64,000 nucleotides of DNA, from the NCBI GenBank assembly GCA_944391815.1, contig CALXUV010000075.1, positions 920 to 64,919 on the forward strand, given 5' to 3'. Of the stretch, positions 55,207-64,000 are shown piece after piece. Both the position numbers and the translations under genes were made by a program. How positions within the stretch are numbered: position 1 is the first letter of the stretch; every line of letters starts with the position of its first letter. Under the pieces are notes generated by a model. It did no database searches. It was not told where the DNA came from and saw nothing but the letters and a program-made list of their open reading frames with translations. This DNA comes from an uncultured Clostridia bacterium. GTDB taxonomy: Bacteria > Bacillota > Clostridia > Oscillospirales > CAG-272.

Positions 55207-57651
55207 TCAGTAAATTGTCTCATTCAAGCAATTATTTGATAAATTCAAGCCATTTTTTTGTTTTTTAATATCCGTCTTGAGAGCCGGAAAGTTTTTTACC
55301 GAGCATATTTCAAGGTAGGAGCTGCTGCGGTATACTACTGTACTTTTTAAGTTCGGATCATCTTCTGACAGTCCTGAGGTTTCAAAACCGTCAGCTGTTT
55401 TTAATGACTCACTTACGTTTATACATCTGCCGTCACTGCCGAATTCGTATACCTTTCCGTCTACCGTCAGAACACACGACTCAAGCATACGGTAACTGGA
55501 ATTGAAATAGTACAGATCTTCGCCTATCGTCACAAACCCTGTTCTTATCTGTCCGTCCGCGTCAACGTAAATGACACGTCCGGTAACGGTGGGCGACGGC
55601 ATCATTCCGGCAATTTGCGAAAGGTCTGTTTTGGTGGCTCTGCCGTAAATATCAAACTCACACAAAACTCCGTCTATTACTGCAACGGTGTTGCGAAGAA
55701 TCCTGTACATTGAATTTGCGTAAACCTCAAAAGTACCTACACCCGGAACAGTTCTCGTTACCCATTCCGACTTTGCAAGCGTTCCGTCCGGTTTTACGCA
55801 GACCAACCGGTCAAGCACTTCTGCAAACATTCCCACATTTTCAGCGAGTACAAGTTGATTTTCTGCTTCACCGTCAGCTCCAAACGAATACAGCACTCCG
55901 TCAATTACCTGAACGGTGTTTCTGAGCACTCTGTATTCGCTGTTGGCGTAATATCTGCTTTCGCCGTATTCGATCCAACCGATTAATGGCATACCGTCTT
56001 TTATGAAAACTGTTCTTCCGCTTCCGAGTGCATCTGTAAATCCGTCCGGCATTCCGGTAAGAACAATTTTACCGATAAGCTTTCCGTTTTCATCAAATTC
56101 AGCAAGCTCGCTGCCGATAACGATTGCAACATTTTCGGTCCTTCTTCCGACAGAATTATAATACTCGTCTTCTATCCAGACATTTCTGGCAACTATACCG
56201 CCATATACCCTCATCATCTTGTTTCCTGTATTATAATAACCGTCGCTGTCAATTACAGTACAGCTTCCGTCAGTTCTGATAAGATAAAGTTTTCCTCCGA
56301 CTGATTCTATCGTATCTGTCATCAGACGTCCGACTGAATTAAAATAATAAAGAGTACCGTTTATCTCTCTGAAATCGGATTTTACTATCGAGTTTCCTTC
56401 GACAAAGATGATTTTACCGTTTACCTCGGCAAAACCGTTTTCATCAACCTCCACCTCCGATGGAGTTCCCTCGCCGTCAAAAAAGTAAAGTCTGCCGTCA
56501 ATTACCTCCTCGGTATTCTCTGCTCTTCTTCCGTAGCTGTTGAAATAATACCATTTGCCATCGATTTCAGTTTTACCCTGCGCATATTTTCCGTTTTTTA
56601 CGAACATTGTCCTGCCGGCAATATCTATCCAGCAGCCGTTTTCATTGTCTGTAACGGTAACTTTCTCAGTCATTTTACCGTCAGCACCGAAATAGCAGAC
56701 AGAAAGTTCACCGTCGATTGTTACAACCTCGGCTTTTGAAGTGATAAGTGTCCCGCTCTCGGCAGTAAAACAGTATATTCCGTCTTGCGTTTCTGTAACT
56801 CCGAGCGATTTTTTACCATCTGTGTAATAGTTCCATGTCGCTCCGTTTCTCATCCAACCGTTTATAATCAGTCCGCTAACGGAAAAATCTGCAGTTTTTC
56901 CGTCACTGTATGTATAATTGCCGGTAACCATGTTTCCGTCGACGCCGAAAAATCTGGTTCCGTCCTCAAAAACCACTGCACTGTCTTTTACATAACTTCC
57001 TCCGCTCATGTAGCGGTAATCAGAGTAACCGCAAGTACTGCATTTCAGTCTTATCCAGTTTTCAGCACTTATCGATTCCACCGGAGAAAAACCGCTTTCC
57101 GGTACTTTTATATGATTTCCCGTTGCGGGTATTATTACATTATCTTTTTGCAGTCCGCATGAACTGCAACTGAATGTACCGAGTCCGTCAGAAATACAAG
57201 TTGCGGCTTTTTCCACCGAAACAAGCGTATCAAATTGATGTTTTTCATATGTGGTAATACTGACGACGGGCATCATACTTATTACTTCAAAAACGGTTAC
57301 GGTTTTCCCGTCATCGGACACACTGTAGCTTCTGTCCCCGCAACCGACACTCTCCGCCGCCTTGCAACCTTCAAGAACAACGGTAAGATTCTCTCCGACA
57401 GTAACCTGTTTTGTCGATGGCTGGCCGTCAATTTTCAAAATCACAGTCACTTTATCCGAAGCAAGCGGAAGAATTTCAAAAAATTCTTCTCCTGTACCGA
57501 CCTGACCTGTATCACCTGAAATTATTTGTTCAGTGAATAAAAATTCGTTCCGGACGTAGCCGCCACCATCAGCGCCGCAGAAAAAATGCGTAAGAGTTAC
57601 CGACAAAACAAGCGCTGAAATAACGAAAAAAACTACTTTTAACTTTCTCAT
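55207..57651 (-). CDS. Secreted cell-wall-binding repeat protein with an N-terminal Cys-rich module
   Basis: 814 aa from ATG 57651 with a GGAGA RBS; the track ORF is over-extended. Signal peptide MRKLKVVFFVISALVLSVTL. Many roughly 20-aa repeats of the G-x-WYYF/LYYFNS-x-G type (IDGKWYYFNSYGRR, INGTLYYFNSVGRL). Confidence 0.8.
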   Translation of the reverse strand: MRKLKVVFFVISALVLSVTLTHFFCGADGGGYVRNEFLFTEQIISGDTGQVGTGEEFFEILPLASDKVTVILKIDGQPSTKQVTVGENLTVVLEGCKAAESVGCGDRSYSVSDDGKTVTVFEVISMMPVVSITTYEKHQFDTLVSVEKAATCISDGLGTFSCSSCGLQKDNVIIPATGNHIKVPESGFSPVESISAENWIRLKCSTCGYSDYRYMSGGSYVKDSAVVFEDGTRFFGVDGNMVTGNYTYSDGKTADFSVSGLIINGWMRNGATWNYYTDGKKSLGVTETQDGIYCFTAESGTLITSKAEVVTIDGELSVCYFGADGKMTEKVTVTDNENGCWIDIAGRTMFVKNGKYAQGKTEIDGKWYYFNSYGRRAENTEEVIDGRLYFFDGEGTPSEVEVDENGFAEVNGKIIFVEGNSIVKSDFREINGTLYYFNSVGRLMTDTIESVGGKLYLIRTDGSCTVIDSDGYYNTGNKMMRVYGGIVARNVWIEDEYYNSVGRRTENVAIVIGSELAEFDENGKLIGKIVLTGMPDGFTDALGSGRTVFIKDGMPLIGWIEYGESRYYANSEYRVLRNTVQVIDGVLYSFGADGEAENQLVLAENVGMFAEVLDRLVCVKPDGTLAKSEWVTRTVPGVGTFEVYANSMYRILRNTVAVIDGVLCEFDIYGRATKTDLSQIAGMMPSPTVTGRVIYVDADGQIRTGFVTIGEDLYYFNSSYRMLESCVLTVDGKVYEFGSDGRCINVSESLKTADGFETSGLSEDDPNLKSTVVYRSSSYLEICSVKNFPALKTDIKKQKNGLNLSNNCLNETIY

Positions 57652-57790
57652 AACATCTCCGTACATCTGCGTACAAAATTTTTGAAGCAAACTGCAAAAG
57701 CTAAGATAAACCGACATATTTCGACATATAAAAATTCAGCTTCTGACTTTGTAAAACCAATTGACTTTCAAGTCGGATAATCAAATATTT

Positions 57791-58726
57791 CTAAAACTCT
57801 GACTTTCCGTGTGCAGGCAATTTGACATTTTTGCCGTCAACTTCAAAGTAAAGAGTAAAATCAGACAGATTCTCCATACAATTTTCATTTATCACGCACT
57901 TATCCATCGCATCCTGATAAGCGAATATGTCTTTTACTGATGCGTAATAATACTTGTCCGGCTTACCGCCGAATTTTTCCGCAAAAAGTTCAAGGTCTTT
58001 CCACGTGCCGTTTCTTTCGAAATCAATGGAATGTACTCCGAACGAAAACATCTGGAGCTCGCCTTTGTTTTCGGCTTTTTCGTACATATCCGCAATTCTG
58101 AGAAGCGAACGGTCGCTGGCGTTATAGCTCCAGTTCATCCTGTCCTTCGGCACACCAAAATTGTCTCTGTCAGCCCTGTCTCCGGTCGTTCTTATACCGT
58201 AATAACCTGCCTTTTTAAGAGATTCAAAAACAAACGAATTGTTTTGTCTGCAATACGGCCAGACGAAACCGGTTACGCTTCCTTCTCCGAAAATATCTTC
58301 GAGTTCTTTTTTCGATTCAGAAGCAAATCTTACATACGATTCGCTGTCGGCGACCATCCTCCACCCCTGAGGAGCCTTAAAATGGTAAAGTCCGGCTGTA
58401 CCGCTTTCATAAATATATCTGCCGTCAGAAGTTTCAGGACTGAATTTTTCAGCAGATTTTTCGTAAGTTTTGCTGTCATCAAAAGCAAACGGATGGTACT
58501 TGCAGTGGTTTGCAATCTCAAAACCGCTGTAAAACTTCCGGTATTCTTCAGGACTCATTGCACTTACATTATGCGAGCAAAGATTAAAAGTTCCCTTTAT
58601 TCCCTTCGGTCTGACTATATCAATGAATTTCTTATCGTAAACAGTATTTCCGTCGTCGATTGTGAATGTTACTGATTTTCCGGTAAACCCGGGAAATAAT
58701 TTCTTTACTGTGTGTTTCATAGTCAA
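57791..58726 (-). CDS. Polysaccharide deacetylase family protein
   Basis: 311 aa with the NodB-like TFTIDDGN motif. 4-nt overlap with the upstream gene. Confidence 0.7.
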   Translation of the reverse strand: MTMKHTVKKLFPGFTGKSVTFTIDDGNTVYDKKFIDIVRPKGIKGTFNLCSHNVSAMSPEEYRKFYSGFEIANHCKYHPFAFDDSKTYEKSAEKFSPETSDGRYIYESGTAGLYHFKAPQGWRMVADSESYVRFASESKKELEDIFGEGSVTGFVWPYCRQNNSFVFESLKKAGYYGIRTTGDRADRDNFGVPKDRMNWSYNASDRSLLRIADMYEKAENKGELQMFSFGVHSIDFERNGTWKDLELFAEKFGGKPDKYYYASVKDIFAYQDAMDKCVINENCMENLSDFTLYFEVDGKNVKLPAHGKSEF

Positions 58727-59640
58727 TTCTCCTTGGCTGCAAGATAATTTTCGCGCATCTTTTCGATTTTACCGGCATAATATTTTGCCGTCTGACCCAT
58801 AAAGTTCAGAGCAGTTATTTTAAAATCATCCGGATAACCGCACAGGAAACTGTCTGCTTCAAGAGTAAAATCTCCTTTGTAATCAATTTCAGCCAATGCA
58901 AGACAGACTTTTTCGAAATTTATCTTTCTTGTACCGGGAAGCGTATGGCAGTCTTCCAGATAGTCAACATCATGAACGTGAAGTGCTCCGAGACGTTTAT
59001 TACCGAGTATGCGGATGGCGTCCTCCGGTTCCCGTCCGCAAAGTGCCACATGTCCTATATCAAGACATACGGTAAACGCTTCGCTGTCTCCGAGAGTATC
59101 GTAGTAAAGCGCCAGTTCTTCCGGATCTGCGCAAACGTCATCACAGATTCTTCCGGTTACCGGATGAGTCTGCCACATGTTTTCTATTGCAATCTTAACA
59201 CCGCTGTCCTTTGCGTATTTTGCAAGTTTTCCGTAAAACTCCATATTTATTTCGAAAAGATACTTTTCATTTCCGTAATAACGACCTTTTTGAAGCGGAT
59301 GGACTACAACATTTCTGACCCCGAAAAGTCCGCAAGCTTCAAGTACTCTCGGCAACACCTTAAATGTTTCGGTAGAATAATATGTATACCCGCCTCCAAA
59401 CGGAGCATGAGCCTGATTAAAGACTCCTCCTCTGTCGTTTACCCTTTTTCTTATTTCTGATATTCTTTTTTTATAATCGCTTTTGAAAATGTAGTCGTAT
59501 CCGGAAAAAAACGAAACGTCTATTGCCGGAAATCCTGCGTCAAGAATCAGATCATTTCCTTTTTCAATACCGAACACATTTGCCATCGTATCATTTGGCA
59601 TAGAAAACAACATAGCGCCACTCTCCTTTTTTGCCGTCAT
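58723..59640 (-). CDS. Sugar phosphate isomerase/epimerase (xylose-isomerase-like TIM barrel)
   Basis: 305 aa with VVHP, IAIENM and LDIGH motifs in the order typical of AP-endonuclease-2/xylose-isomerase-like barrels. The true start may be the internal Met (MLFSMPND). Confidence 0.75.
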   Translation of the reverse strand: MTAKKESGAMLFSMPNDTMANVFGIEKGNDLILDAGFPAIDVSFFSGYDYIFKSDYKKRISEIRKRVNDRGGVFNQAHAPFGGGYTYYSTETFKVLPRVLEACGLFGVRNVVVHPLQKGRYYGNEKYLFEINMEFYGKLAKYAKDSGVKIAIENMWQTHPVTGRICDDVCADPEELALYYDTLGDSEAFTVCLDIGHVALCGREPEDAIRILGNKRLGALHVHDVDYLEDCHTLPGTRKINFEKVCLALAEIDYKGDFTLEADSFLCGYPDDFKITALNFMGQTAKYYAGKIEKMRENYLAAKEN

Positions 59641-59792
59641 CAGAATTCACGGCAGATTATTTTTCAGTTGAAGAATTTATATTTACTGTTCAGTTACAAG
59701 TTTACTTTCAGAATACTTTTTGAAAATGCTCTTACATTTCAACACGATATCTGAGTACACAATTACATTTTTTAAGAAAATGACAATTAAGA

Positions 59793-60044
59793 CTACCCTT
59801 TCAGTCCTTTTGACTGCCGTTCCATATTTTCAATTACAACGTCATAGATTTCTCCAAGCCCCGAGCAATATTCAAGTACTTTCCACGGTTCATTTGTGTG
59901 AAAATGAATTTTTATAAGTTCATCGTCGCCTACCACCAGCAAACAGTCGCCTTTGAAATTTTCCGTAAAATAATCTCTTATCAGGTCTTCATCGAGGTCT
60001 TTTCCTTCGATAAGCAGTTGAGTGTCAAAAAGGTAATTCAGCAT
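59793..60044 (-). CDS. 83-aa ORF resembling a fragment of a DAK2-domain fusion (YloV-like) protein; possible gene remnant
   Basis: LIKIHFHTNEPWKVLEYCSGLGEIYDVVIENMERQ resembles the vHvHT..P...l......G.l....i.NM..Q segment of YloV-type proteins, which are about 550 aa. The call rests on my memory of the family only. Confidence 0.35.
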   Translation of the reverse strand: MLNYLFDTQLLIEGKDLDEDLIRDYFTENFKGDCLLVVGDDELIKIHFHTNEPWKVLEYCSGLGEIYDVVIENMERQSKGLKG

Positions 60045-60205
60045 TGCTTTGATCCTCCATATAATTTTTTCAAATATTTCTTATCCCGGGTTTTACAAAA
60101 AAGCCGGATTCAAAACTTTGATTTTAAAATAAATTCTGCTGTTTTGCGCAGTAAAGAAGCAGGAAGATTCATTCAAAATCGGCTAAATGTATTCATATAT
60201 TTCAG

Positions 60206-61273
60206 TTACTTTGCTTTTGAGGTTGACTCCCTCACAAAAAGTTCAGGAATTACCGAATATTTAACTGCGCCGTGCCCGGAGTTATCTGTAGCCTCAAGAC
60301 AAGCAAGCATAATGCGATGAGCAAAATTTTCTGAATCCACGCCTACGCTTGTAAGCGACGGTGTCGAGTAACTGCACTGCTCCGTGTTATCAAATCCTAT
60401 CACGGATATATCGTCCGGCACTTTAAAGCCAAGTGACATAAAAGCTTTCATCGCACCGAAAGCTATCATATCGTTTGCGGCAACGAGTGCAGTAAATTCA
60501 CAGTTATCTCTGCAAAGCTCGATTGAGCATTGGTAACCGCTATCAAACGTTCCTTTACATTCACGCATAAGACTATCATTTACAGGTAAACTCTCCCCGA
60601 ACATTGAACTGACAAAACCACGGTACCGTTCACTGTCATTGTAGTGAGAGGATTTTCCGTTTATAAATGCTATATTTTTATGTCCGAGACTTTTCAGGTA
60701 ACGTACGGCATTACTTATTCCGGATATATTGTCGATAACAACCGAAATACTCTCAGAGTCAGTATCTGATACCAGTACATATTTAAGCCTTAGTTTTTTT
60801 GCATATTCAATTATCTGTTTACCGACACATCCGAAAAAAACAGTTATTTCCGAGCTTTTTGCGATACTTTCAAGAGTTACCGTATCATCAGTCCGGATAT
60901 TTGTATAAAGTAAATTAAATCCGTGTTTACGGCATTCTTTTTCAAAGTTATAAAATACTTCCGAAATGTACGGCGACGTAATTTTGTCAATGCCTTTCGG
61001 TAAAACAAATGCAATGTTTTTGCCCTCGGTTACTGTATCAATCATTTTACTTTGCTGTGCCACTCTTGAGCCGGAACCCGGAACTTTTTCGACAATACCC
61101 TCATTTACAAGCAAATCCAGTGCATGTCTTACCGTTACTCTTTCTACACTGTATTCTTCACACATGCTGCGCTCAGAAGGCAAAAAACAGCCTTGCGGAT
61201 ATATTTTTTCAGAAATCTTATTTTTTATATCAGAATATATTATCTGATACTTGGGTTGTCTGCGCTTATCCAT
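60206..61273 (-). CDS. Hybrid GntR-HTH / LacI-type sugar-binding-domain transcriptional regulator
   Basis: 355 aa. The N-terminal GntR winged helix is LPSERSMCEEYSVERVTVRHALDLLVNEG. The C-terminus is periplasmic-binding-protein-like (DDISVIGFDN). Confidence 0.8.
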   Translation of the reverse strand: MDKRRQPKYQIIYSDIKNKISEKIYPQGCFLPSERSMCEEYSVERVTVRHALDLLVNEGIVEKVPGSGSRVAQQSKMIDTVTEGKNIAFVLPKGIDKITSPYISEVFYNFEKECRKHGFNLLYTNIRTDDTVTLESIAKSSEITVFFGCVGKQIIEYAKKLRLKYVLVSDTDSESISVVIDNISGISNAVRYLKSLGHKNIAFINGKSSHYNDSERYRGFVSSMFGESLPVNDSLMRECKGTFDSGYQCSIELCRDNCEFTALVAANDMIAFGAMKAFMSLGFKVPDDISVIGFDNTEQCSYSTPSLTSVGVDSENFAHRIMLACLEATDNSGHGAVKYSVIPELFVRESTSKAK

Positions 61274-61446
61274 ATTTATCTCCGGCGATTTAATTGATTA
61301 ACCATATATAACTGAGTCAAATGATAATAACTGAATGAGTAACACAATACATTCTGTTTTATTATACCATATTTTCAACATAAAAGCAACGGTTTGAGTT
61401 GCTTTTTTCATCAAAAATTATTATCTGATTTATCTTTTGTACACCG

Positions 61447-61475
61447 TTGACAAATATAAACCCCTGTGGTATAAT
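61447..61475 (+). promoter_or_regulatory. Strong sigma-A-type promoter
   Basis: TTGACA-17 nt-TATAAT with a TGn extension (TGGTATAAT), 31 nt upstream of ATG 61506, which has an AAGGAG RBS. Confidence 0.7.
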
Positions 61476-61505
61476 ACAGGTATGATACCACAAAGGAGAA
61501 AAAAT

Positions 61506-62162
61506 ATGAAATTCAGTGTTTTTACCGCAGTCACACCGGAATACGGAATCGACGAGGCTGTAAAAATTGTCAAGGAAACAGGTTATGATGGAATTGAATG
61601 GCGTGTATCTGCTCCGGCACCGGAAGTCAAACCCGATAACTATTCTTATGAAACACGTTACTGGTGCTACAACCGTGCAAATATGAAATGGACGGTAATA
61701 AGAACCGGGCATGTGTACGGTCCCGGCTCCAGGCTCGGTAGCTTACCCAAACATGGCAGAGACGAAAATCTTATAGAGAAAATAAAATCAGGACAACCTC
61801 TTGAGCTTGTCGGAGGCGGTCATTTTCTGCAGCATCACAATTTCGCTCCTGACCTTGCTGAACTTATGCTAAGCTGTATAGGTAACCCAAATACTTACGG
61901 ACAAATTTTTATTTCCGGCGGTCCGAGAGCTGTCGAGGCAAGAACATATTATAAAATTATCGCTGACATTCTCGGAGCGGATCTCAAGATAAAAGAAATT
62001 CCGGTTGACAGTTACAAAAACGAACATCCGGAAGATCTTTCTTTTCTCTGTAACAGGATATATGATCTTACTTAGCTGAAAAAAGCAGGCGTGAAAATGC
62101 CGTCAACCACACTTGAGGAAGGACTGAAATTACATGTCGAAAGTATTCTTAAACAAAAGTGA
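61506..62162 (+). pseudogene. Chimeric remnant: 5' roughly 60 codons of a sugar-phosphate-isomerase-like TIM-barrel gene joined to the 3' half of an NAD-dependent epimerase/dehydratase, which also has an in-frame TAG
   Basis: MKFSVFTAVTPEYGIDEAVKIVKETGYDGIEWRV (TIM-barrel N-terminus) switches near 61680-61690 to WTVIRTGHVYGPGSRLG...PLELVGGGHFLQHH (C-terminal half of an SDR epimerase). TAG at 62073-62075 is followed in the same frame by LKKAGVKMPSTTLEEGLKLHVESILKQK, a typical epimerase C-terminus. Confidence 0.65.
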
Positions 62163-63542
62163 AAAAGATGATATAAACGAAATATTTGCCGACTTGACAA
62201 AAAAACATCCCTTTAATGATCATCCGAGAATAATAACCGACAGCTACGGATTTGAACGTATCAGAAGTTTGCGTCAAAAAGGAACGTCAACTATCAAAGG
62301 GATGATAAACAATTTTATTTCTGAGGCGGACAACGTTTCGCTTTTACCGCTTACCCTAAAATCCGATAGGTTTTATGAAGGCATGCTCTTCTCCGCAAGA
62401 GAAGTTATGCGTCGGATGATAATACTTTGCGGAGCATACAGGCTGACTCTCGACAAAAAATATGCAGATAAGGCATGGAAAGAAGCACAGAACGTACTGG
62501 ATAATTACGGAGATTGGTGTAAATCAGGTAAGCTTCTGGATCAGAATGAAATGACCACGGCATTTGCAATCGCATTTGACTGGCTATATGATTACCTGTC
62601 CGAAAATCAAAAAATGCTTATGTGCGCCGCAATTTATAAAACTATTTCCTATGCGGAAAAAGTTTATTCAGATGCAAACGGAAGATGGAATACAAAAGCG
62701 GCAAACGTTGTAGTGATCTGTAACAGCGGCGTAATGCTTGGAGCGCTGGCTGTTGCAGATGAAGCTTTATGGACACATGAAGAAAAAAATACGATTATTT
62801 ACTGTGCGCGGGAGTCATTTCACAGTATGCTCGGATATGTAAACTGCTACGCTCCCGACGGTGTGTGGAGAGAAGGGCTCAGGTACTGGCAGGCAGCAAC
62901 CAAATCTTTTGTAAAATTTGTGACTTCAGTCATTTCCGCCTGCGGAAAAGATTACGGACTTCTTACACTCGAAGGATTTGATAAAACAGGCTTTTTTGCT
63001 GCTTTTATGTCAGGTCCGGCAGGAAGTTTCTGCTTCGGTGACACTGACAGAAAAGAAACTCTTATGAATTCCAACCTTTCACTTCTCGTTATCTTTTCAG
63101 TGATGACATAGGTAAAATCAGAATAACCGGAATAAAATCAGCGGATCCGCTTCATGCTCCGCCGGATCTGATTGACATACTGTTTTACAAACCGGAATTT
63201 GAAAAAACTGACATCAGCCTCCCGACCGACAAATACTACGAAAAAGCCGGCATAGCATCCATGCGCAGAAGTTGGGCAGACAAAAACAGTGCTTTTATAG
63301 GATACTCCTATTTCATCTGGCAAATGCTTACCTGCGCTGAAATTATACCGGCGCCCGACTGCAAAAGCGTAATTTTATCTAAAAACAGTAAAAAAATAAC
63401 TGTGAAAATTATTTCGGAAAACCATGATTTTCATTTTACGGCAGAAGAATGTATAGGAGGAACACAGTTCAGGACTTTGCGCATTTTTGAGCCGGTCGTT
63501 GTGTCCGTTGAACTCAAAATTGTCTTTTTCCCGTGCAAATAA
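62134..63542 (+). pseudogene. Heparinase II/III-like (polysaccharide lyase-type) gene disrupted by a frameshift and an internal deletion
   Basis: Frame 1 (62134-63111) encodes an alpha/alpha-toroid-like N-domain. Sense continues in another frame from about 63052 (...FQPFTSRYLFSDDIGKIRITGIKSADPLHAPPDLIDILFYKPEF...ASMRRSWADKNSAFIGY). It then jumps directly to a C-terminal tail (KKITVKIISENHDFHFTAEE...VELKIVFFP), so the His-rich core of the C-domain is missing. Confidence 0.6.
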
Positions 63543-63615
63543 TTTCGGTACTTTTTCACCCGTAAAAGATGTTGAATTTTAAGTTTACGAAAATGTTTTC
63601 TTCTTTGTGATTTTA

Positions 63616-64000
63616 TTATATCCCTTTTTCAAGAGTAAGCAAAAATATTTTTTTGTTAATACCTGCAGAATATCCCGTGATTTTTTTACCTGCTCCCACG
63701 ACTCTGTGGCAAGGCAGTAAAATAAGAACGGGATTTTTTCCGACCGCTCTTCCAACAGCCCTGGCAGATGTCTTTTTTCCTGTCTCAGAAAACAGTCTGG
63801 CGGCTATTTCACCATAGGTTACGGTTTTTCCGTAAGGAATTCCGGAAACTTTTTTCCAAACCGCTTTCTGAAAATCAGTGCCGCTTGGACTTAACTCAGG
63901 CGTCTCACCCGGATCAATTCCGGAAAAATATCTGTCAAGCCAGCTGATGGTTAACGATAAAATTTCCGGTGTTTTTTTGCTTTTAGTTTCGGATTCTTTG
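63616..64000 (-). CDS. ogt: Methylated-DNA-protein-cysteine methyltransferase; C-terminal 127 codons, with the 5' end beyond the window
   Basis: My reverse-strand translation gives ...TDFQKAVWKKVSGIPYGKTVTYGEIAARL...ARAVGRAVGKNPVLILLPCHRVVGAGKKITGYSAG...*, with the PCHRV active site. The stop complement is at 63616-63618. Absent from the ORF track because it is open at the window edge. Confidence 0.85.
   Translation of the reverse strand, partial: KESETKSKKTPEILSLTISWLDRYFSGIDPGETPELSPSGTDFQKAVWKKVSGIPYGKTVTYGEIAARLFSETGKKTSARAVGRAVGKNPVLILLPCHRVVGAGKKITGYSAGINKKIFLLTLEKGI

Noticed and set aside
1-64000. CRISPR arrays, rRNA genes, IS/transposase or integrase genes, reverse transcriptases/DGRs
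   Set aside because: I saw no regularly spaced direct repeats and no recombinase or RT-like ORFs. The repeats in the 55207-57651 gene are protein-level cell-wall-binding repeats, not a DNA-level array.

Overview
This window looks like a chromosomal segment of a moderately AT-rich anaerobic Firmicute. The gene content is Clostridia-like: NfnAB, ArgJ, DUF4330/DUF3810-type proteins and a cell-wall-binding repeat protein. Promoters are of the TTGACA/TATAAT type and ribosome-binding sites of the GGAGG type.
(1) 1-3690 is the right-hand end of an integrated mobilisable element. It carries a relaxase that runs off the left edge, a small relaxosome-accessory-like gene, oriT-like repeats and a HipA-like kinase. 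It ends at a 3' fragment of tRNA-Ser that still has its own terminator. No integrase is in the window.
(2) About 3.7-9.7 kb is a visibly AT-rich accessory patch. Its core is a tightly coupled four-gene minus-strand cassette of two B12-binding radical SAM enzymes and two GNAT-fold transferases, one of them FemAB/BioF2-like. I cannot place it in any described pathway, so it is my best candidate for an undescribed system.
(3) The rest is mostly core genome:
- an alpha/beta hydrolase and a CMD-cupin protein, then RNase P RNA;
- an arginine/carbamoyl-phosphate operon (argG-argJ-phosphatase-carA-carB) in which carB is fused in frame to dapF;
- two AraC regulators, a URO-D-family protein and recG;
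- envelope genes (VanZ, CNNM/CorC-type, O-antigen-ligase-like, DUF4330-like, EpsG), tRNA-Thr and an XRE/zinc-ribbon/TPM trio;
- an S1-domain protein, nfnAB, prfB without the programmed frameshift, an RluA-family synthase, a DUF3810 protein and murA;
- assorted enzymes and a large cell-wall-binding repeat protein.
(4) 57.8-63.5 kb is a sugar/polysaccharide locus whose right half is decaying: a chimeric gene, an in-frame stop, a frameshift and an internal deletion. A partial ogt lies at the right edge.
I saw no CRISPR array, rRNA, transposase, integrase or reverse transcriptase. All family calls come from reading motifs by eye; no database search was run.
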